A stretch of 64,000 nucleotides of DNA from an uncultured Gammaproteobacteria bacterium (GCA_964527425.1 CAZGOA010000002.1:73346-137345); one strand, 5' to 3'; positions 29,101 to 38,391 are shown, counted from the stretch's first letter. Numbers and translations are program-made. Notes: generated by a model not told the origin, from the sequence alone.

Positions 29101-30501
29101 ATGAACAACATACTTGAAAAAAACACCTCTCCTAAAATCACTTCATTTATTTCAACTCTGAGTTTATTAATTCTATTACCTTTATTACTCCTTGGTGTAT
29201 ATGAGAGCGTACAGGTAATCACTCGAGCGTTTGGTACTCCGGCAAATATTATTGTTAATACAGATATTCAACTTTCTCAGGTTACAACAGATCATATGAG
29301 AGCATTTGCTCAAGGCGGAGAAGAAGCAACTGACATGCTTGAATCTATTATTCCATCAGTAAAGGCGTTAAAACCTACATATATCCGCATTGACCATATT
29401 TATGACTATCATAATGTTGTACAAAGGACTTCAGAAGGCCTTAGTTTTGATTTTTCCCGCTTAGATAAAGCAGTTGATAGTATTTTTCAAACTGGTGCGA
29501 CCCCTGTGCTCGCACTTTCATATATGCCTTCTGCTATCGCCAAAGATGGTGTAATTATTAACCCGCCAAACAATTGGGATGAATGGGCGTTAGTCGTACA
29601 AAGAACAATTGAACATTATAGTGGAAAAAATAATAAAAATTATAGAAATATCTACTATGAAGTCTGGAATGAACCAGATTTAGCGCAATTTGGAAGCTGG
29701 AAACTAACAGGAGAAAAAAATTACCTTACCCTGTATAGATATGCAGCTCAAGGAGCAAGAAATGCTGCTAATACCAATCCATTCTTCATAGGTGGTCCAT
29801 CAACTACCGGATTGTACAAAAACTGGATCATCGCATTAACAACACTCGGGAGTCGAGTTGATTTCTTTTCCTGGCATTCATATTTATTTGACCCAAATCA
29901 ATTTGCCAAAGATCAAATGAATATTTCAAGCTGGCTTTCTTCAACACCATATTATGCTCTTTTACCTCGTTTTGTTACCGAGTTTGGATTTACAGGCGCC
30001 AAGGATCCCCGATACAGTACAATGTATGCAGCAGCACATACTGCAGCTGTATTTCGCCAAACAGCTACAGGTGGACCACAAGCTTTATTTTCTTTTCAAT
30101 TAAAAGATGGTCCAAATCAGGAAGACGGATGGGGAATGATTACGCATGAATCAAAGGGCAACACTCTCAAACCCAGATACCACGTATATTCATTTCTAGA
30201 GTCTATGAATGGAACACGGTTGGAATTGTTAGGAGAAGGAAGTTGGGTAAGTGCACTTGCTACAATCAATAATGATATTATACGTGTCCTTTTAATTAAC
30301 TTTAATCACCAAAGTAGTAAATCAGAAACAGTACCAGTTACTTTCGCCAGAATTGCATCAGGCACCTATAAATATCGCGAACGATTTCTATTAGGTAGAG
30401 ACGCTACGTTTACTGAACAAATCGATAATAATACGCTTAAAAAAGAAATATTTATGCCGGCAAATAGTGTAGCGATTATAGAATTAACTAAAGAAAATTA
30501 A
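29101..30501 (+). CDS. Secreted glycoside hydrolase, clan GH-A (GH39/GH5-like)
   Basis: N-terminal signal anchor. The YYEVWNEPD motif (NEP catalytic acid/base) and (beta/alpha)8-type segments. 466 aa. Confidence 0.5.
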   Translation: MNNILEKNTSPKITSFISTLSLLILLPLLLLGVYESVQVITRAFGTPANIIVNTDIQLSQVTTDHMRAFAQGGEEATDMLESIIPSVKALKPTYIRIDHIYDYHNVVQRTSEGLSFDFSRLDKAVDSIFQTGATPVLALSYMPSAIAKDGVIINPPNNWDEWALVVQRTIEHYSGKNNKNYRNIYYEVWNEPDLAQFGSWKLTGEKNYLTLYRYAAQGARNAANTNPFFIGGPSTTGLYKNWIIALTTLGSRVDFFSWHSYLFDPNQFAKDQMNISSWLSSTPYYALLPRFVTEFGFTGAKDPRYSTMYAAAHTAAVFRQTATGGPQALFSFQLKDGPNQEDGWGMITHESKGNTLKPRYHVYSFLESMNGTRLELLGEGSWVSALATINNDIIRVLLINFNHQSSKSETVPVTFARIASGTYKYRERFLLGRDATFTEQIDNNTLKKEIFMPANSVAIIELTKEN

Positions 30502-30517
30502 CTGCTTTGTACTGTTG

Positions 30518-32209
30518 TTATAGTTGTTTTTGTTCTTGATCTGGTAATAACGGATACGTCCAGGGAATATACTTAGAACGAATTTTATCAATTCTTTTGA
30601 GCAGTCTCAAAAAAGCATCTACCTGTCCTACTCCAAAAACCCAGGCTATAAAAAGATATACCCCTAATCCTATCAATCCAACTGTCACAGTTAGAAAAAA
30701 CAGATTTATTGTTCTAGTCGTATCAAACACTAATTGATCCAACAGTCTTAATAAACCAAATAACAATAACCCCATAATTCCAGCAGCAGAAACTATCTTC
30801 AACGGCGTAAAGAAAATCTCTCTAAATGAAAACCATCCAATTTTCCTTTGCAATATCATGAGTAGTAAACCAGCCTGAAATATACTTGCGATAGAAGTTG
30901 ATAATCCTAATGACCAAACAGGAAAGTGAAAAATAGAAATAAACAAAATGCTAAAAAAAGCGTTGACAAGTATACTTGCAATACCAACATACACTGGTGT
31001 TTTTGTATCATAGAGCGCATAAAACCCTCTTGCTAATAAATGAATCAGACCCTGTGCAAATAAAGAGATACTAAAAAATGAAAGAGTTTTCCCGGTTAAT
31101 ACTGTTGATTCCCAATCAAATTGATCTGATCCAAAGACTAGTCGAGTAATTGGAATACGTAATACTATAAAAAAGACTGAAACAGGTACAATAAAAAATA
31201 AAATTTGATGAATACCTGAAATAATCTGATCTTTAAAAGATGTTGTTTCTTCTTTCGCTGTGGATCGTGATAACGAAGGTAAAGCTGCTTGAGCAATTGT
31301 TGCTCCAAATAATCCAATTGGTAAATTCTGTAAATGTTGTGCAAACTGAAACACCGTAACCATTTTACTGCCTAATAAACTTGCTAACATTAAATCTACA
31401 GTTGTATCAATTTGACCTACTCCTACCCCAATCGTACGAGGCAACATCAATCTTCCAACCTCTTTAACTCCCTCAGTTTTTGTATCCAAAGACCATGTGT
31501 GTCTGTAATGAAGCAAAAGCACAGGAATAATTTGAATGGCAAAAAATAAAACAGCACCAATTATTACACCATAAACAGGAGCAAATAGTCCTACAAATGT
31601 TGAGAGTGTAAAAATTCCAATAATAATTCCAACGTTATATAAAATAGGTGCCAATGCAGGTATAAAGAAAATTTGATACGACTGCAACATACCAGTTAAA
31701 AAATTACCTATCATCAATGGAAATACTTGAAAAACCAACATATAACGAGTGTAGAGAGTCATTTCTGTTATCTGTTCATTCGTAAATCCTGGAGCAAGAA
31801 ACTGAGAAATTTGATGAGCAAATATCCATAATGGCACCATAACAATGGCTAGCAAAAGCAAACCATAATTCATTACAACAGATGCCATTTTCCATGCATC
31901 TTCTTCACTTTTTTTAGTTAATAATTTAGTAAAAACAGGAATAAACGCAGTCGTTAATGCACCCATCACTAACAATTCAAATAACATATTTGGCAATCGA
32001 AACGCAGCAAAATAAATACCTAATTCTTCTGTTGAAAAATATCCTGCTAACATCCTATCTCTGATAAGTCCTAATATCCTCGACATACCTACGGCTACCA
32101 TTAAAATAAAAGCAGCTGATCCCACAGACGACTGTTTAGCAACAATGAAAGATTTAAATGCTCCCATGAAGATTATTATAGTCATCCATTCCTTGACCAT
32201 AAAGGGCAA
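30518..32209 (-). CDS. murJ: Lipid II flippase MurJ (MviN)
   Basis: Polytopic MOP-family protein with MurJ N-terminal motifs (…AAFILMVAVGMSRILGLIRDRMLAGYFS…). The track start is a TTG; the true start may be the ATG three codons downstream. Confidence 0.8.
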   Translation of the reverse strand: MPFMVKEWMTIIIFMGAFKSFIVAKQSSVGSAAFILMVAVGMSRILGLIRDRMLAGYFSTEELGIYFAAFRLPNMLFELLVMGALTTAFIPVFTKLLTKKSEEDAWKMASVVMNYGLLLLAIVMVPLWIFAHQISQFLAPGFTNEQITEMTLYTRYMLVFQVFPLMIGNFLTGMLQSYQIFFIPALAPILYNVGIIIGIFTLSTFVGLFAPVYGVIIGAVLFFAIQIIPVLLLHYRHTWSLDTKTEGVKEVGRLMLPRTIGVGVGQIDTTVDLMLASLLGSKMVTVFQFAQHLQNLPIGLFGATIAQAALPSLSRSTAKEETTSFKDQIISGIHQILFFIVPVSVFFIVLRIPITRLVFGSDQFDWESTVLTGKTLSFFSISLFAQGLIHLLARGFYALYDTKTPVYVGIASILVNAFFSILFISIFHFPVWSLGLSTSIASIFQAGLLLMILQRKIGWFSFREIFFTPLKIVSAAGIMGLLLFGLLRLLDQLVFDTTRTINLFFLTVTVGLIGLGVYLFIAWVFGVGQVDAFLRLLKRIDKIRSKYIPWTYPLLPDQEQKQL

Positions 32210-32261
32210 ATTTCGTATACTATACGAACGGTTGTCACATGTGTGACACTATTTTTTATTT

Positions 32262-32495
32262 ATGCCACTTATAAAACAAGCAATCAAAAAGATGCGTCGA
32301 GATAAAGTCGCGACACAACGCAACAGTGAAATTAAAGACACTGTCAAAAAAGCTGTAAAAGCCGTACGGAAAAACCCAACTAAAAAAAGTTTAGATAGCG
32401 TTTTTTCTATTTTAGACAAAGCAGCAAAGCGAAAATTTATTCATGTAAACAAAGCTTCTCGGTTAAAATCACGTCTTACAAAACTAGTTAAATAA
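32262..32495 (+). CDS. rpsT: Ribosomal protein bS20
   Basis: 77 aa basic helical protein, MPLIKQAIKKMRRDKVATQRNSEIK…. Confidence 0.85.
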   Translation: MPLIKQAIKKMRRDKVATQRNSEIKDTVKKAVKAVRKNPTKKSLDSVFSILDKAAKRKFIHVNKASRLKSRLTKLVK

Positions 32496-32579
32496 TCTTA
32501 CCTCAGTTCAATTGAGCTCTTTTTACTTGTATATATTTGAGGATTTTCTATTTTCCGTTCAGATGTATATACTAGTTAC

Positions 32580-33116
32580 ATGGCTGCCCAACCAGTTTCA
32601 GTTAATTTACTAGACCAACCAGAATTTGAAGGGTCTTCTGTGACGAGACTTTTCAACTGGGCTGTTACCTATGGTCGATATATTATGATTGGAACGGAAG
32701 TTATTGTGTTGTTGGCTTTTATTTCACGATTCAGTCTCGATAGAAAACTCACAGATCTAAGAGAAGAAATTGCCCAAAAACAAATAATCCTTGAAGCAAA
32801 TAAAAATTTTGAGGAAGAAATTAAACAACTGCAAACAAACATACTCACAGTAAATAGCCTTATTGAAACCCAGCGAATACCTCTTGATATTTTTAACCAG
32901 GTAATTTCCATTTTACCTCCCGACATAATCTTACTTTCGTATAAACAGGAGGATATAAATATTGAACTTAAATTATTAGCCGGTACGACAAATAGTTTTT
33001 CCATTTTCTTAAATAGTATTCAAAGAATACCGTCACTTTCAGGAATAGAAATAACAGAAATAAGAAAAGATGCACTAAGAGGTACAGAATTTAGAATTAT
33101 TGCAAAAATACAATAA
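32580..33116 (+). CDS. PilN-like type IV pilus assembly protein (bitopic)
   Basis: Short cytoplasmic N-terminus with a VNLLDQPEF segment (compare the PilN INLLP motif), a single TM, and a coiled-coil plus periplasmic domain. Confidence 0.35.
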   Translation: MAAQPVSVNLLDQPEFEGSSVTRLFNWAVTYGRYIMIGTEVIVLLAFISRFSLDRKLTDLREEIAQKQIILEANKNFEEEIKQLQTNILTVNSLIETQRIPLDIFNQVISILPPDIILLSYKQEDINIELKLLAGTTNSFSIFLNSIQRIPSLSGIEITEIRKDALRGTEFRIIAKIQ

Positions 33117-33780
33117 TATGGATCAACCAAATAAATCTCAATCAGTATTATCATTCAGGAGATACTCAAAACCGCTTGAACCCTTAATCACTAAACCTCA
33201 AAACAGAGTGTATACAGCCACAATTCTCTCTTTTTTGGTAGTGTCACTATTTTTATGGTATGCAATCAGACCTACTATTCAAACAATTCTTTCATTAAGA
33301 AGAGAAATAATTGACAATACAGAAGTCAGCAAACTCATGGAAGAAAAAATTAGCGCACTCGTTGAAGCTCAAGCAGTGTATCAAGAAATAAGCGCAGATC
33401 TTCCAATGCTGTATGAAGCGTTACCATCAAAACCAGAGCCAATGAGTGCTTTATTAACACTCCGTACTCTAGTATCAGAGTCGGGAGCATCTATTTCTGC
33501 AATTAACCTGCCACAAGTTGATTTGCTAAATTCCGAATCTACTTCTTCTGGTCAAAAACCTGATGATATACCTAATACTCTTCTTACTATTCATGTTGAC
33601 GGATCATATACAAATTTAAAAACATTCCTTAATCAAGTAATGAATCTTAGACGGATTATGTCTATACAGTCCCTTTTTATTACCACATCTGTAGAAAGCG
33701 AAAACTCGTCAATTGATCCTACTCTTCGTCTTATACTAAAGTTAAAACTACATCATAATCCCAAAGGAGCATCATCATGA
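33100..33780 (+). CDS. PilO-like type IV pilus assembly protein (bitopic)
   Basis: Cytoplasmic N-terminus, a TM (ATILSFLVVSLFLWYAI), a coiled coil and a C-terminal domain. It overlaps the upstream PilN-like gene. Confidence 0.35.
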   Translation: MQKYNNMDQPNKSQSVLSFRRYSKPLEPLITKPQNRVYTATILSFLVVSLFLWYAIRPTIQTILSLRREIIDNTEVSKLMEEKISALVEAQAVYQEISADLPMLYEALPSKPEPMSALLTLRTLVSESGASISAINLPQVDLLNSESTSSGQKPDDIPNTLLTIHVDGSYTNLKTFLNQVMNLRRIMSIQSLFITTSVESENSSIDPTLRLILKLKLHHNPKGASS

Positions 33781-33995
33781 ATGTAGAAGAAAGTGACCGA
33801 GATTTATTACTCGTTTCAATTTTTACATTTTTAACTGTTTTATCGTGGGTGTTCTTTGAGCTGGTAAAGACTATAAAAACAACTACAGTAAAGGCTCCAG
33901 TTCAGGAAATCATTAAACCGTTGAACCCGACTATAGATACTGCAATACTTGATACATTAAGAGAAAGAAAATCATATTTTCCAGTCAATGAATAA
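33777..33995 (+). CDS. Small membrane protein in the surface operon
   Basis: 72 aa with one TM (LLVSIFTFLTVLSWVFF). It is translationally coupled on both sides. Confidence 0.3.
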   Translation: MNVEESDRDLLLVSIFTFLTVLSWVFFELVKTIKTTTVKAPVQEIIKPLNPTIDTAILDTLRERKSYFPVNE

Positions 33996-35286
33996 ACCAA
34001 TAAGAATCCCTACTATTTTCGCACTCCTCTTCGTAGGAGTTCTTCTCTTAACAATGACATGGATTACTAAAATAATTTCACAGCCAACACAAGCAGACGT
34101 AGGTAAACTTCCTAAAGATATTCAAGTAACAAATGTGTCAGACACATCGTTCACAGTACTCTGGATTACAGAAAAACCAACACGTGGAGTAATCCAAGTA
34201 ACTCCTCCAGATGGTCAAGCATTAACGTTTTATGATGATCATGCAGTGCAATCCCAAAATCAAGAATTTACGACTCATAGCGTAACTGTACGGGGCATGC
34301 AAGCACTCACACAATACACCATCACGTTTCTAAATACTCCAGACAAAACACTTACTATAACGACAGGACCAACGCTTTCACTTAATTCAAATCAATTAGG
34401 TCCTCTCCATGGCTCAGTAAAAAATTCAGATGGAACACCTGCAGTAGGCTCTTTAGTCTATCTTGCTTTAGAAGGAAGCCAAATACTTTCAACGACAGTA
34501 AAGGATTCAGGAAGTTTTCTCATCCCTCTTAATTTATTACGAACAGAAGATACTACCGCATATCTACCTGTTAAAGAAGAACCACTACCTGTTACTCTCA
34601 CGATTATATCTCCAACAGGAGAAAAAACCATAGCAACAACAAATACAGATAACGACTCTCCAGTTCCCGATATAACTTTAGGCCAACCAAACGACTTTAC
34701 ACAATCATCTGTAAAACCAACTCCTGTACTTGCTGAAAAACAATCATCGTTTCAATCCGTACTCGGTACAATAAATACAACAGCAGTAGCTTCTTCTAGT
34801 GTAACTCTGGCAACACCGATTCAAGGAGGAATAGTACGGAGTGAATATCCGTTTATTACTGGCAAAGGTATTCCAGATGAAATAGTAACAATTATTATAG
34901 GAAGCAAAAGTCCTACTGTTGATACTGTACGAGTTAAAAAAGATGGAACCTGGCAATTTACACCAAAAAAAGGCATACCAGCAGGAAACCAAAGTGTTAC
35001 TATCTCTTCGTTTGATGAAAATAAAAATCCAATTTCTATAACGCACCTGTTTCAAATTATGAAAAGTGGTACTCAAGTACTCGGTGATGCAACTCCGTCC
35101 GCAAGTCCAACAATAATTCTTCCAACCCCAATAAGCACAATTAGCGCAACACCAATCCCCACCTTGCTAATAGAACCTACTCCTACAACCGAAATTCCCA
35201 CAACAGCAACGACAGTACCTACCTATATCTTATTAGCAGCAGGAATATCATTAAGTATTATCGGATTACTTGTTTTTATACTGTAA
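33988..35286 (+). CDS. Surface protein. It has an N-terminal signal anchor, an FN3-like domain, a bacterial Ig-like domain and a C-terminal TM anchor.
   Basis: FN3-like segment: VTNVSDTSFTVLWITEKPTRGVIQV…YTITF. Ig-like segment: IVTIIIGSKSPTVDTVRVKKDGTWQFTPKK. C-terminus: …TEIPTTATTVPTYILLAAGISLSIIGLLVFIL. Confidence 0.5.
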   Translation: MNKPIRIPTIFALLFVGVLLLTMTWITKIISQPTQADVGKLPKDIQVTNVSDTSFTVLWITEKPTRGVIQVTPPDGQALTFYDDHAVQSQNQEFTTHSVTVRGMQALTQYTITFLNTPDKTLTITTGPTLSLNSNQLGPLHGSVKNSDGTPAVGSLVYLALEGSQILSTTVKDSGSFLIPLNLLRTEDTTAYLPVKEEPLPVTLTIISPTGEKTIATTNTDNDSPVPDITLGQPNDFTQSSVKPTPVLAEKQSSFQSVLGTINTTAVASSSVTLATPIQGGIVRSEYPFITGKGIPDEIVTIIIGSKSPTVDTVRVKKDGTWQFTPKKGIPAGNQSVTISSFDENKNPISITHLFQIMKSGTQVLGDATPSASPTIILPTPISTISATPIPTLLIEPTPTTEIPTTATTVPTYILLAAGISLSIIGLLVFIL

Positions 35287-35377
35287 GCTATCGGTATACT
35301 TGACGATTGAATACAGCTCTAGTAGCGTAGATAGTAGCTAACACCAGATAGTCTATTATCTCTATTTTTATATTTAC

Positions 35378-36850
35378 ATGGATTTATACGATCAAGCACA
35401 AAAAAATAATGAACCACAATCATCAGATCTGCCTGATCTCTCCTCACTCATGTCACCACCACAAGATAGTCAACCAGTTCAAACCCAACCTCCTCCACCA
35501 CAAATTGAACCTATTTCTGCATTGGATGTTCCCGTAACCCCGCCAATTTCTGATCAACCGACAGTAGATACACCACCAGTACAATCCGCAACGCCTGACA
35601 TTTCGCCTTTACCAACATCTGTTCCACCTATTGCTAATCCAGAAACACCCATGCCCACTCCACAAGAAGTAAAACCCACAGATCTTGCTTCAGAAGCTGT
35701 AATATCGAATTCACCTGATGCCAATACTTTACCTACACCAGATTCCTCCAAGCCAGATACTGTGGCAAACACACCAGATACCCAAACATTTATGCACATG
35801 AGTGATATACCCCGTGACACAGTTCCCTCTTCTCCTGTAACCGAAACAGTCCCATCTCCAGCACCACTGGATAATTCACCACCTAATACTACCCCTCCAG
35901 TACCACCAAATGCAGCGACACCATCCAAAAAGTTCACAATGGGAAGAGGAATTCTCTTTGCAGTACTTGCTCTAGCGATACTTACCCTTCCTGTCATTGG
36001 ATTTTTTGTAACACGACCCAATTCTCAAACAGATACGCGTACCCAAGCTGCAATAAGCAATTGTGCGATCCCTGGCGATCCAGATTGTGATATAACATCA
36101 CCAACTAACACTCCTCCAAGTAGCACATCTAATTCTGCCACAACCCCCGCTACGCAAACACAAACGGTACAATCGCAAGCCGGCTGTAGTTCTTTAGGGA
36201 ATCCATGTGAAAACAACGGCTGCTGTACTGGACTAGTCTGTCAGGGAAATACCGGCAATCGTGTATGTCAACAGCCAGCAACAACTCCTGATCAATGGTG
36301 TGGGGGAACACCCGGTTCTTGTGGCAGACTAATAGCTTTCCATTGCAATAGTGATTTCCCAAGTGGAACACCCGAATCAGGTTGTTTTGATAATCCAATT
36401 TATATCCAAAATAATGATGCAGCAGGCTGGGCTCAGGCACGTGCACATGTTGCCGGCTGTGGTCAAATAGACGTCGTTTGTAAAAGTGGCCCTAAAGAAA
36501 ACCAATTATGTGGAGATTTCGAAATTTTCAAAGATAATTGTGGTCCTGGCTCACAACCGACACCTATTCCAATATCTCAATGTAGAAATTTAAAAATTTA
36601 TCGTGATGGTATAGTTGTAAAAACTAAAGATTACAATACTCTTCGACCACAACAACAAATTCAGTTCGCAGTTGTATCAAACCAAGAGGCAGCACGAGCT
36701 CGATTTTACATTAACGGTAAAGATCCAGTCATATCGACAGAAAAAAATGAAAATGGTGAATTTTTTATTAACTGGGAAATACCAGAAGTAGGTAGTCAGA
36801 GGACATTTACAGTACAAGCAGAAGTTCGAATAAATGGAGTTTGGCAATAA
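35378..36850 (+). CDS. Bitopic surface protein of an unrecognised family, paralogous to 37885-38391 at both the N- and C-terminal modules
   Basis: N-terminal DLPDLSSLMSPPQD motif and a Pro-rich cytoplasmic region. A TM at about residue 195. Cys-rich extracytoplasmic region (GCSSLGNPCENNGCCTGLVCQGN…). C-terminal beta domain ending …RINGVWQ. Confidence 0.5.
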   Translation: MDLYDQAQKNNEPQSSDLPDLSSLMSPPQDSQPVQTQPPPPQIEPISALDVPVTPPISDQPTVDTPPVQSATPDISPLPTSVPPIANPETPMPTPQEVKPTDLASEAVISNSPDANTLPTPDSSKPDTVANTPDTQTFMHMSDIPRDTVPSSPVTETVPSPAPLDNSPPNTTPPVPPNAATPSKKFTMGRGILFAVLALAILTLPVIGFFVTRPNSQTDTRTQAAISNCAIPGDPDCDITSPTNTPPSSTSNSATTPATQTQTVQSQAGCSSLGNPCENNGCCTGLVCQGNTGNRVCQQPATTPDQWCGGTPGSCGRLIAFHCNSDFPSGTPESGCFDNPIYIQNNDAAGWAQARAHVAGCGQIDVVCKSGPKENQLCGDFEIFKDNCGPGSQPTPIPISQCRNLKIYRDGIVVKTKDYNTLRPQQQIQFAVVSNQEAARARFYINGKDPVISTEKNENGEFFINWEIPEVGSQRTFTVQAEVRINGVWQ

Positions 36851-37880
36851 TATGAAAAACATTTCAAAATTCGCTGTGACTCTTGGCTTATTAATTACTT
36901 CTCTATTAATTGCAACGACGGCAGTATTAGTAATTCAATTAAGAAACCGTCAGGCAATAACAGATTTACCACCTGAGGCCGCAGTTGATGCGTGTAAAAT
37001 AGTATTTACGATTGATCCGGTGTGCAAAACTGACTTTACCCTCCTTCCTCCTGAGTCACCAGAAAATACACCAACACCTTCCGTTTTACCAACCGTAACA
37101 ATTTCACCACAATGCACAAGTGCGTGTGATCCTGCAGGAAGAAACCAGCAGTGTCCAACAAATCACAGCTGCGCACCAGCAAACCATCCTAATGCTAATA
37201 CCTGCATATTAACTGCATGTGTACAAAATCCTGATCTTTGTAACAGCACAAGCTGCTCACTATTACCAACACCGCCTTCAACTAATACACCCACCCCACA
37301 AGCTACTAACACTCCAACAGTACGTGCAACAAATACACCGATAAATACACCGACAAATACACAAATTCCTCCAACAAACACTATTGCATCCACTAGTACA
37401 CCAAATCCAACCGCAACACCAAATCCTTTATGCGGATCATCATGCGATCCTGATGGGTCAAGCAATCAATGTCCATCGAATCATACCTGTGCACCAGATA
37501 GTCATCCAAATGCCAATACCTGTATTCTCACTTCGTGTGTACAAAATCCAAGCCTATGCTCAAATAACAGCTGCACAGTCCTCCCAACACCAACAGCTGT
37601 ACGTACGTCAACACCGACTCAACCAATTGCATACTCACCGTCATCTACGCCCATACCAGGCTCATGTAATGCTAACTGTTCGACAGATAGTAATTGTGCA
37701 AACAACTTAGTATGCTCAGGTGGTACGTGCCGCAACCCAGAATGCACTGAGCAAGCTAATTGTTCATGCTCGATACAGCCAACGCCAGAAATTCCTGTAA
37801 CAGGCACAGGAACTACTCTAGTAGGTATTGGTATAATTGTTGGAGGAATACTACTCTTACTGTTAGGATTAGCATTTTAA
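36834..37880 (+). CDS. Cysteine-rich repeat surface protein with a C-terminal EIPVTG sorting signal
   Basis: N-terminal signal anchor. Two ~55 aa 8-Cys repeats (CxxxCDPxGxxxQCPxNHxCAPxxHPNANTCILTxCVQNPxLC) and a third degenerate Cys-rich module. The C-terminus reads PEIPVTGTGTTLVGIGIIVGGILLLLLGLAF. Confidence 0.5.
   Translation: MEFGNNMKNISKFAVTLGLLITSLLIATTAVLVIQLRNRQAITDLPPEAAVDACKIVFTIDPVCKTDFTLLPPESPENTPTPSVLPTVTISPQCTSACDPAGRNQQCPTNHSCAPANHPNANTCILTACVQNPDLCNSTSCSLLPTPPSTNTPTPQATNTPTVRATNTPINTPTNTQIPPTNTIASTSTPNPTATPNPLCGSSCDPDGSSNQCPSNHTCAPDSHPNANTCILTSCVQNPSLCSNNSCTVLPTPTAVRTSTPTQPIAYSPSSTPIPGSCNANCSTDSNCANNLVCSGGTCRNPECTEQANCSCSIQPTPEIPVTGTGTTLVGIGIIVGGILLLLLGLAF
37114..37598 (+). 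repeat. Intragenic duplicated ~165-nt module encoding the 8-Cys domain, two copies at about 37114-37278 and 37431-37598
   Basis: The two nucleotide segments are roughly 75% identical. Compare tgcacaagtgcgtgtgatcctgcaggaag… with tgcggatcatcatgcgatcctgatgggtc…, and …aatacctgcatattaactgcatgtgtacaaaatcc… with …aatacctgtattctcacttcgtgtgtacaaaatcc…. Confidence 0.7.
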
Positions 37881-37884
37881 CACT

Positions 37885-38391
37885 ATGAATACACAGCCAA
37901 ACAACCAAGATTTTCCAGACCTATCAATACTTATGAATACACAACCGGTTCATGATCCGACGCCACCACCAAGTCATGCACAAAAAAAGCGCTCACCAAT
38001 ACTAGGGTTGTCTATCCTGCTACTCATCTTATTTTTTGGTGCAACTAGTGCTATTCTCATCTGGCAAACTCAATCAAGAGAAACTATTGCACGAGTTGAA
38101 ACACAAGCCGAAGAACCCACTGATACAGTGCCAAAATCCTGTAAACGTCTGACCATTTATAAAGATGGAGTCGCTGTAACTGACTATAATACACTTAGAG
38201 CTGGTGACACTGTAACCTTAGCTACTCCCATTGGTTCTGCAGTTAAAGCGAGATTTACTATTAATAAAACAGAGGTAGAATCGACAAAAGTTACCTTTAA
38301 TAATGAGTTCATCGTTGACTATACATTCCCCTTGGATATGCGTGCCGTTCGTATCAAGGTAGAGCGAAAAATAGATGGCATCTGGCAATAA
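37885..38391 (+). CDS. Small bitopic surface protein, paralogue of 35378-36850
   Basis: N-terminal DFPDLSILMNTQP motif. TM (ILGLSILLLILFFGATSAILIW). C-terminal domain CKRLTIYKDGVAVTDYNTLRAGD…KIDGIWQ, alignable with the C-terminus of the 490 aa protein. Confidence 0.5.
   Translation: MNTQPNNQDFPDLSILMNTQPVHDPTPPPSHAQKKRSPILGLSILLLILFFGATSAILIWQTQSRETIARVETQAEEPTDTVPKSCKRLTIYKDGVAVTDYNTLRAGDTVTLATPIGSAVKARFTINKTEVESTKVTFNNEFIVDYTFPLDMRAVRIKVERKIDGIWQ

Noticed and set aside
32496-32579. Intrinsic terminator after rpsT
   Set aside because: Only a short self-complementary GAGCTC/TCAATTGA stretch followed by TTTTT is present. The stem is too weak to call confidently.
36834-36900. Type IV pilin-like class III signal peptide at the N-terminus of the Cys-rich protein
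   Set aside because: It has a hydrophobic N-terminal helix after a short basic leader, but there is no G|F(T/S)LxE processing motif and no Glu at +5. It was treated as an ordinary signal anchor.
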